Positions 55,970-64,000 of a DNA stretch of 64,000 bases are shown here, piece by piece; within the stretch, counting starts at the first letter, position 1, and every line of letters begins with the position of its first letter. The position numbers and the translations under genes are program-made. The DNA is taken from NCBI GenBank assembly GCA_951406725.2, contig OX597822.1, positions 98,146,001 through 98,210,000 of the forward strand, given 5' to 3'. The stretch comes from Octopus vulgaris. Taxonomy: Eukaryota. Under the pieces are notes generated by a model that did no database searches, was not told where the DNA came from, and saw only the letters and a program-made list of their open reading frames with translations.

Positions 55970-58070
55970 TTATGCAAAACACAAGGAACACACACCCACC
56001 ACCAACTACAAAATCATAAACACAGAGCTCCACACAAAATCTACCTTAATGCTACCTCTGAACAACATAAAATATAATTTAGAACAATGCAAACATCAAA
56101 CAACCCTTACCTCGACATTTCTATTAAATGCACGTGGCATCAACCCATCACTCATTGCCCAAAAATGGAAAATTCCATATATAGAGAGTTGGCTTGCCGA
56201 AACGGCACATTGCTTTCCTTTCTTTTCCTTACTGAAACTCACCTAAAGAGCACACATATCGATACCGAGGTGTAAATATAAGATTTCACCATCATCCGTG
56301 CAGATCGCACAGACCAAAATAAAGTGGGGACAGCCATCTTTCTCCATGACTCCTTTTCAGTTGATGCCAAGGACATATTTTCTAATGGCTATTGTTGAAT
56401 ATCACTATTCAACAAGGCTAAAGACATAATCATTGTTGGTCTTTACAGGTCTCCCCAAGCACCTCTAAAGTGCTGTGAAGAGTGCCTCAGCAAAATCAAG
56501 TCCTTCCTTCAAGCATACAACTCCGGAAATATACTAGTGATGGGTGATTTTAACCTCCCTCATATAAACTGGCCCACAAATATTCTGAAATTAGGCAAAT
56601 GCTCTACATCAGATAAAGTAGCTGCAGAATTACTTTTTAATCTAATGTATAAATTCTTCCTGACTCAGCTACTGCTCGAACCAACAATACAGAATAAAAT
56701 CCTGGATCTAATATTAACCAAACACTCTAGCTCCGTTCACAGTATTTTAGTTGAAAAAACTATCCTCTCAGACCACGATATGTTACTCTGCAATTTTGAT
56801 TTCCGTCATATCAAAACAATCCCAATCCACGACACTTATTTGACAACATAAACTTCCACAAAGCTGATTGGAGAGCAATCAGAAAGGATCTTTCCTTCAT
56901 TGACTGGTCCTTCACTCTCAGTTTCACTCACATTGAGACCGCATGGGAACACTTTGAGAACATTGTCACCTATACCTTCTCAAAACACGCTCCTACGAAA
57001 TCCACTATCACAAACAGAAACCGGCTCCCTAGAAAGAAAAAAGCACTCACCAGGCGCATCAAAAGACTCAGTAAAAATCAAACAATTAAAATACCTCCAC
57101 ATACAACATCCACATTCAACAAAAATGAAAACCTATATTGAAAATGAAAGAGCTGCAGAGGAACAGTGAGTAATCAAAAACATCAATCAGAACTCAAAAA
57201 GTGTTCTACTATTATGCAAATAATCATAGAACCGCTGTCTCACCCATTGGGCCATTGATCGATGATAACGGCATTTCCCAACGCGATGCAAAAGAAATGG
57301 CAGAAATACTGCAGAAACAATACTGCTCTGTCTTTAGTGATTTTACTGATATTGAAGGAAGAGAAGCGAACGAAGTTGATTCCCAACATAAAATATCGGA
57401 CATAACCTTCACTGCCGCAGACATCATAGCATCAATAAATGAGGTCAAATACTATTCTGCTGTAGGCACTGATAGATTGCCCGCTAGTCTCCAGAAGGAA
57501 TGTAGGCACCAACTACCAGTCTGTCTGACCAACCTCCGGAGAAATTCTTTAGGCTCAGGTAATATACCGAAACAGCTCCTAACCCACTTTGTCATCCCGG
57601 TTTTCAAACAGAGAAACTGATCCCTCGCAGTCAACTATCGCCCAATCTCACTCACCTCCCACATCATTAAAGTGTTTGAAATAGTCGTAAGATCAAGGAT
57701 AGCTGGCTTCCTGGAGATCCACAAACTCCTAAATGCAAATCAACATGGCTTTCGCTGTGTCAGGGACTGTTTAACACAGATCTTACACTACATTGAGGAT
57801 ATACTTAAAGCCTTGGGAACAGGTTCGAACTCTGACGTCATATCTTGACTTCAGTAATGCGTTCAACAGGGTTGGCCATAATATCTTACTCTCAAAATTG
57901 GCAAATGTTGGAATCCGTGGAAAACTTCTACACTGGATTGAGTATTTCCTGGCAAATAGAACACAACATGTTATGGTCGATGGAGTTCACTCAAGCCCAG
58001 TAAAAGTTACCAGTGGTGTCCCTGAGGGGGACTGTCTTGGGCTCGCTTGTCTTTATAATATACATAAATG
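55970..58070 (+). mobile_element. Degraded CR1/L2-group LINE with APE endonuclease and 5' half of RT (older relative of 7429-9690)
   Basis: LNARGI, LTETHL, IRADR, GLYRSP, GDFNLPHINW, ILDLILT, SDH; [43 protein letters not shown]. Confidence 0.9.
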
Positions 58071-58269
58071 GCCTTTCCTACTGAGAGAGACGGTCCAAAC
58101 TTAAGAAATAAAAACTTTTTAAACCAGTGTATTAAGTATATCCTGTAATTAGCATGCATTACATTTCAGCAAGATGCATTCCTTCTCTCTTTTTCTCTAT
58201 ATCTATATACACACACATGTATGCGTGTGCGTGTTGCATTAAGCAGCGTTAAATAGAATACACATGGGT

Positions 58270-59514
58270 AAAATTACATTTAATAAGTTCGAGCGTATTC
58301 GGAAGTGATTAGATCTTTTACTGTGGAAGTAATCCAGAAAGAATATTCTTTATCTAGTCATTACCTAGACATGTCCTCTTGTATCATGCTTTGAGCAGCA
58401 TTTACAATAGCATCCCAGAGGCGATTTTATTTGAAAACTGCCGTCCATCTGTGTAAACGCGCCTCTTCAGGACACTCTAAAGGTTTTCGATCGGGCTTAA
58501 GTCTGGGGAGCACGGTGGCCACTCCAGCAAACGACCTCCAGAGAGGTCAATTTGCTGCAGGTATTCCTTAGGATTCTTCGCTGCATGAGACGGGGCATTG
58601 TTTGGCATGAAGATCAGGTTTTTCTTGAATGAACGTTTTTGCTTTTTGAACCACGTCTGGAAATTGTCATTTAAGAAGGTAACATGTTTACGATGTCATC
58701 TTAATGCAATCTGGGACACTCCATGGCCTAACCATCATACCGCCAACGATGCCAGCCCAAAACATGATCATACCTTCTCCCGGATGGCGTCGCAAACGAT
58801 GAGGACGGTTCCCGCTGATTGATACTCAAACTTTACTCCAGCTATCTGGTCCGTCAAGGATAGAACGGCATTCGTCAGTGTACAGAACTGTTGAAAAAAA
58901 AAATCTTAATGTATTCTTCTGCCCATTTCAGTCTCTTCTGCTTATGAACAGCCTTCAGAGATGGCTTTGTAACAGGTTTAACATTCCTGGCTACCTGCTT
59001 CAAGAGGCCACATCTGGTAGTTTTCTATACGTCTTCCTTACCGCAACGTTTGAAGGCTTCTCTGCTTGTCCCACATGGGTTCCGCATAATTTTCCTTTTC
59101 ACATGTGATAAAGTACGATTCGAAATAACTCTCGACTGGACAGAAATAGGAAACTGCACAAATTTCTGCTCTGTTCAGTGATCACTTCCTAGTATTTTTT
59201 ATACTTCTATGATTGTTTTTTACTTTTCCAAGCTCTGACACGATGGTAGGCTTCTCATTCGAGGTAAGATCACGTTTCTTACTCATAATGACACTTAAAT
59301 TGGGCACCTACCTAATAATTTAGGACAGCAGAAATGTTGCTCCTACACGATAATGGCTGCCGTTTGTTTTCGTCTGCGCAGATCCGATTTATCTTAACAG
59401 AATGTATGCAGATAGGTGTTGCCAACAGTTAGTGGGACAACAACTAATTTTGAACGAATATACATGTATTTAATGAAAAAACCGTTGGTTTGCCTAATAA
59501 TGTGGGACGTAGTG
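58270..59514 (-). mobile_element. Degraded Tc1-family transposon
   Basis: ATG at 59286 (MSKKRDLTSNEK), TDECRSILDGPD, IMFWAGI, NAPSHAAK, EWPPCSPDLSPIENL; right end CCTAATAATGTGGGACGTAGTG|TA with a degenerate inner repeat near 59311. Confidence 0.85.
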
Positions 59515-59529
59515 TATATATAACCATTC

Positions 59530-60745
59530 ATATGTGGATATAATATATCTCGACTTTGCCAAAACCTTTGACAAAGTCGAATATGGGATGATATGTTACA
59601 AATTGCGTGACGTCGTTATCGTGGTAGACTAGGAATGTGGCTGCATGATTCCTGTAGGCCAGAAGTCAAGCTCTCACAGCAAATAGTGCTCTCTCTCTGA
59701 AGTGACACCAATCCTCAGCAGAGTCCCCCAGAGGACAGTGCTGGGACGATTACTGTTTGTGGTTGCTCTCTTGGACATGCCCTCAGACACACTCACCAGC
59801 TACGCCGACGGTACAAAAGTATCACAGGCGGTCAAGGATCCTACTGATATCCTAAGACTGCAGAATGACTTGAGCACAATATATATGTAGGCAGACCAGA
59901 ATAATGTGCAGTTCAATGGCGCAAAATTTCATGTACTCCACTATCAGCCCACAAACAAACTACAACTAAAGCTCACAGAACCAGCAGAGTTAGAGTCGGT
60001 GCGCAACCTGGGAATCCACATGAAAAACGACGCCAATTTCCATGTGCACATTGCTCAGATGGCAACACTATGCAGGTGGGTGGCAGGTTGGATCCTAAGA
60101 TCCTTCAAGACCAGGAACAGAGACGCAATGCTACTGCTTTGGAGAACCTTTGTCCTCAGTTTTCTGGACTACTCCTCCGAACTACAGTCACTGGGGAGCG
60201 TAAAACCAATTGCAGAACTAGAGGTGATCCAGCGCCGCTACACAAAGAAGATAGGCTAAATAAAACATATAGGTGACTGGTAGAGGTTAAAGGAACTGGG
60301 ACTCTGCTCCCTAGAGAGGAGACGTGAGAGATATGCCGTGATATACATATGGAAAATAATGGGGGTCTAGCTCCAAATTTCGGAATTGAAACGACAACCC
60401 CCGAACTGGACGGCACTGCACAGTACCAAATGTTCCTTCTCCATCGAGGATATGAAACCGATACTTTTATAGCTTGGGATTCAAGGACCACAACTTTTTA
60501 TTGCCATACCACAGAACATCAGGGATCTGCGAGGTGTGGACATGTAAGTTTTCAAAAAACGTCTAGACAGTTTTTTATTTGCAATACCGGATGAACCCAC
60601 ATCGCAGTAGGAGGCAAAAAGAAGAGCGACAACTTTCAACTCGCTACATCACCAGAAGCAATTGTGGAAAAATCCCCGGATGCAGTAAAAACAGCGCACC
60701 AGCATGGCCTCAGCCTGTGGATGAAACCCATAAAAGATAAAAGAG

Positions 60746-60747
<2 letters not shown>
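59530..60747 (+). mobile_element. Degraded CR1/L2-group LINE, 3' half of RT to tail
   Basis: VDIIYLDFAKTFDKV, VPQRTVLG.LLF, SYADGTK, VRNLGI, GWILRSFKTR, IPDEP; CCAGCATGGCC..GAAAC + (ATAAAAG)n tail. Confidence 0.88.
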
Positions 60748-60791
<44 letters not shown>

Positions 60792-60795
<4 letters not shown>

Positions 60796-61152
60796 CGCAG
60801 TTGTGGCTGTGTGGTAAGAGGTTTGCTACCCAACTATATGGTTCCGGGTTCAGTCTGAGTTGCCCTTGGAAAAGCGTCTTCTACCATAGCATCGGGTCGA
60901 CTATAAGCATGTGACTGAATTTGGTTGATGGAAGCTGAAAGAAGATACACACCTACACTTACATACACACAACTGTGTGTATGTCTGTATATGTGTTTGG
61001 CCCACCACCATCGCTTGACGATCGGTGTGTACATGTTTCAGTAAATTAGCGGTTCGGCAAAATAGACCGATAGAATATACATTACACTTACGAAAAAAAG
61101 TACTAAACCTCAAGGCGGGGCACCTACATGGCCACAGTCTGAAAAGAAGTAA
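60792..61152 (+). mobile_element. Degraded SINE family B
   Basis: AGGCGCAG.TGTGGCTGTGTGGTAAG head; ttagcggttcggcaaaa.agaccgatagaat. Confidence 0.8.
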
Positions 61153-62714
61153 AATTATTATATAACTATATTTCTCTTCATTTGGGTTCCTACCTTCACC
61201 TTTGATGAGAAAGTAGCCTATCAGATCTCTATACCAAATTACCTGACCGCTTTTTATCAATTATGATGCTCGATTTTGTCCCTAGGTCTTTTTCTTTTTC
61301 CTGCGCTGTCTTTTGAAGCCAGATACAATACTGTTTCTTCGGTTGATATCACATGCACACTTAGAAGTTCGCTCAGTTAGTTAGAAATAGCAGCCACTTC
61401 ACTTTCACATCAAACCCTATAATTATAAATTTTAAGGATATTTGTGATAAAGCAACTGGACTACCGTGTAGAGTCAGTCACGCTGATGGTCCTAACAAAA
61501 CAAAGGGTCAATCCATAACACGTACACTAGAAACACTTTCATCTTATTTGCATTGCTTGTATTAAGGGAGACAGTACAAAGCTCGGCGATTAACTATCTA
61601 ATACTCTAGTCTTTCCAATCGACAAATAGAAACAACTTGAAACAATATATGTCTAAAATGTCTGCGGTGCTTAGATTATGAAGCCTTAATTACTTATAGT
61701 ACCTCACAGGTATGGCTTTTTTTAAAACTTATCACCTTAAGAGTAGCTTGTCTTTAGAGCTGCGAAAAATATTCATCTCTTAATTTCGTGAAATTCTTTA
61801 AAGTCGGGAGATGAGCTCATCCGTGTAGCATAGTAGTGTTCATGACTTGTTCTATCACCTTCCCTTTCAGAACTGCAGCCATTTGAATTCGTCTCTAACC
61901 AGGAATCAAGAAATGTATTTAATTGTGACTTAGAGAATAAAGGGAACTTCTATTATCTTAAGCAGTGTATCTGAGAATGGGATAGGAAAAATATGTCATG
62001 CTATGATAAAAATCAGCAAATCAGTGTATCTAGTTAACCTCATACTGGTGACCGGGAGCAAATGCCTGTAACAAATTGGTCTCGACAAAACCCATGCAAT
62101 AAGCTCAGATCGTATGTGTGTTTAAGTCTACAAGTTAAAAGAAAAGACTGTCCTTTTGATACTTTTTTACGTTTTTGTTTTTGTGTTGTGGTAGCAATGC
62201 TAATTTCGAAGAAAAAGTTATTAACTGAAAGTTCATAATTTTACCCAGTCACTTATATATTACAGTGGATTAATTTTCTATGAATGCAGATGCAAAAATA
62301 GATATAGCAATATTAAATTGGCACTATAAAATATACAACTTTTTCATTCTGTCATCACATATATGCTTTTAAGTTGCATAACGCTGCATTAATTCCAAGT
62401 GTTTGGTAATACGCTTATAAGTGTAGGGAAGAATATTGTCTCTATGGTGTACCCAGAATAATGTGTTGGAATTAATCAGGAAAAGGTAATAATTCAATGA
62501 TAAATTATGACTTTTGCACTGGATTATTTACTATAATCTTTAATAAATTGCCAATTGAAAATCTCAGGTTTAATGAATCTTTCATTAAGCTTCATAATTC
62601 TATTGATATCCGCTGCTGCATCTTATTAAGCACAAGGCTATCATTTTTGATGGGAGTAGTTAATCTCTATCAACGACCCCTAATGATTGAATGGTTGAAA
62701 AGTAATACACCACT

Positions 62715-63225
62715 GAAGGATTTGAACTCAGAATATAAAGAGCCGGAACAAATAAGACAAAGTAATTTTTCATAGTCGTTAACTTTTTTGCCAGTTCACC
62801 GCCTTACTAACAACAATGATTTCTAATAATTTTGCACAAAACCAGCAATTTCGACGGTATGTCAATTACCCCGATCCAAATAGTCAACTAGTATTTATCC
62901 TATCGACTCCGAAACAATGAAAGGCAAAGGAAACTTCAGTAGCATTTGAACTCAGAAGGTAAATCAGGAAGAAAAGCCACTGAACATGTTAACTAATCTG
63001 GCCGCTCGCCTCCTTCATAATAATAATGAAAATAATAACGATTTCAAATTTTTTGCCACAAGGACAGCTTCGAGGATGGGATTAATTCGATTACATCGAC
63101 CCCAGTGCATAACAGGTACTTATTTAATCGACCACGGCGGAATTTGTACTCAGAACGTAAAGAAGGATGAAATACAGCTAAACATTTCGCCCGGCGTGGT
63201 AACGATTCTGCCAGCTCACCGTCTT
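62715..63225 (-). mobile_element. Cluster of three degraded SINE family C copies
   Basis: ATTTGAACTCAGAA-type B-box complement near 62720, 62944 and 63142, each followed by a head remnant (tcaccgcctt). Confidence 0.7.
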
Positions 63226-63227
63226 TT

Positions 63228-63277
<50 letters not shown>

Positions 63278-63309
63278 ATAATAATAATAATAATAATAAT
63301 AAATATATT

Positions 63310-63450
63310 TAAAAATTGTAATGGCAAACTGGAAAACCAGTATGGCATTAAAAGATGACACACAAGTAATTAAAACCTACCCTATACCCATAAGAAGGGA
63401 AATTTTCCCTGGAGACTCACTGTCACCCCTGCTTTTCTGCCTTTGACCAT
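63310..63450 (+). mobile_element. R4/Dong-like RT fragment
   Basis: MANWKT...IPIRREIFPGDSLSPLLFCL (QGDSLSPLLF-like motif) just after a (TAA)n run. Confidence 0.65.
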
Positions 63451-64000
63451 TGAACAGAAAAACCTTATCAAAGTTGTCCATAAGTTCAACAAGGCCATCG
63501 GAATGAGCATGGGCTGTACATTTATGCCGGAATTCACACTGAGAAGAGGCAAATTAATCGGTTCTCGGAACATTTGCTGTAAACATTTTTGCTGCAGGAA
63601 AACTCGCCCCAAGAGTTATCACCGTAGGAAAATTTACTATATAGAAAATTTTGCCGTAAGATAACTTCATCATATAGATAATTTCGAAGATATGTCAGGC
63701 AACCTGATTTACAGAGAATTGCATCTCTGAAAAAAATAGCTTTTTATGTATATATGTTTTTTCTTATAATTCTGTTTTAGATTTAACTGTTTTTTTGGTT
63801 TTCTTTTTGCTCTTTGTAAATATTATATTTATATTGTATTACCTTTTGTTTAAGTAGAATTTTTTTAAAAAACATATTCAACTTTTAGATTGCTTTATTT
63901 TGCACCTAGCCATATAGCTTTGCTAGGCTCTTCCACGCACGCTTCACCATTACCCAAAAGTGTCACAGAAAGAGAAACAGTATAGGTTTGTGACTATTCT

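Overview
AT-rich, microsatellite-saturated animal genomic DNA with one 100-N assembly gap (15403-15502). The repeat repertoire is most consistent with an Octopus-type cephalopod genome (inference; not database-checked). I cannot support any host protein-coding gene: almost all listed ORFs are (TA)n/(CA)n artefacts. The real coding signals are transposon-derived. These are a young 5'-truncated CR1/L2-group LINE (7429-9690, with a shorter twin at 40453-41252), older CR1/L2, RTE and R4/Dong remnants, two degraded Penelope-like elements (Neptune-like 20425-25140, Naiad-like 30512-32980), and Tc1 and mariner fragments. Non-coding mobile elements include a Tc1/mariner MITE, a non-autonomous Helitron and more than 20 copies of three tRNA-derived SINE families (labelled A, B, C here). 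The most notable signal is about nine minimal type-I hammerhead-ribozyme (HHR) motifs in short elements, many embedded in TA-rich tracts. One element (11301-12080, minus strand) runs from one HHR to the next, gives a 346-nt monomer once a nested SINE is removed, and ends exactly at the predicted GUC self-cleavage site, a retrozyme/circular-RNA-like layout. Two motifs carry a compensatory U3-A8 core. Several large fold-back palindromes and modular SINE/LINE 3'-tail sharing are also visible. All ribozyme calls are by-eye motif and pairing predictions, not tested activities.
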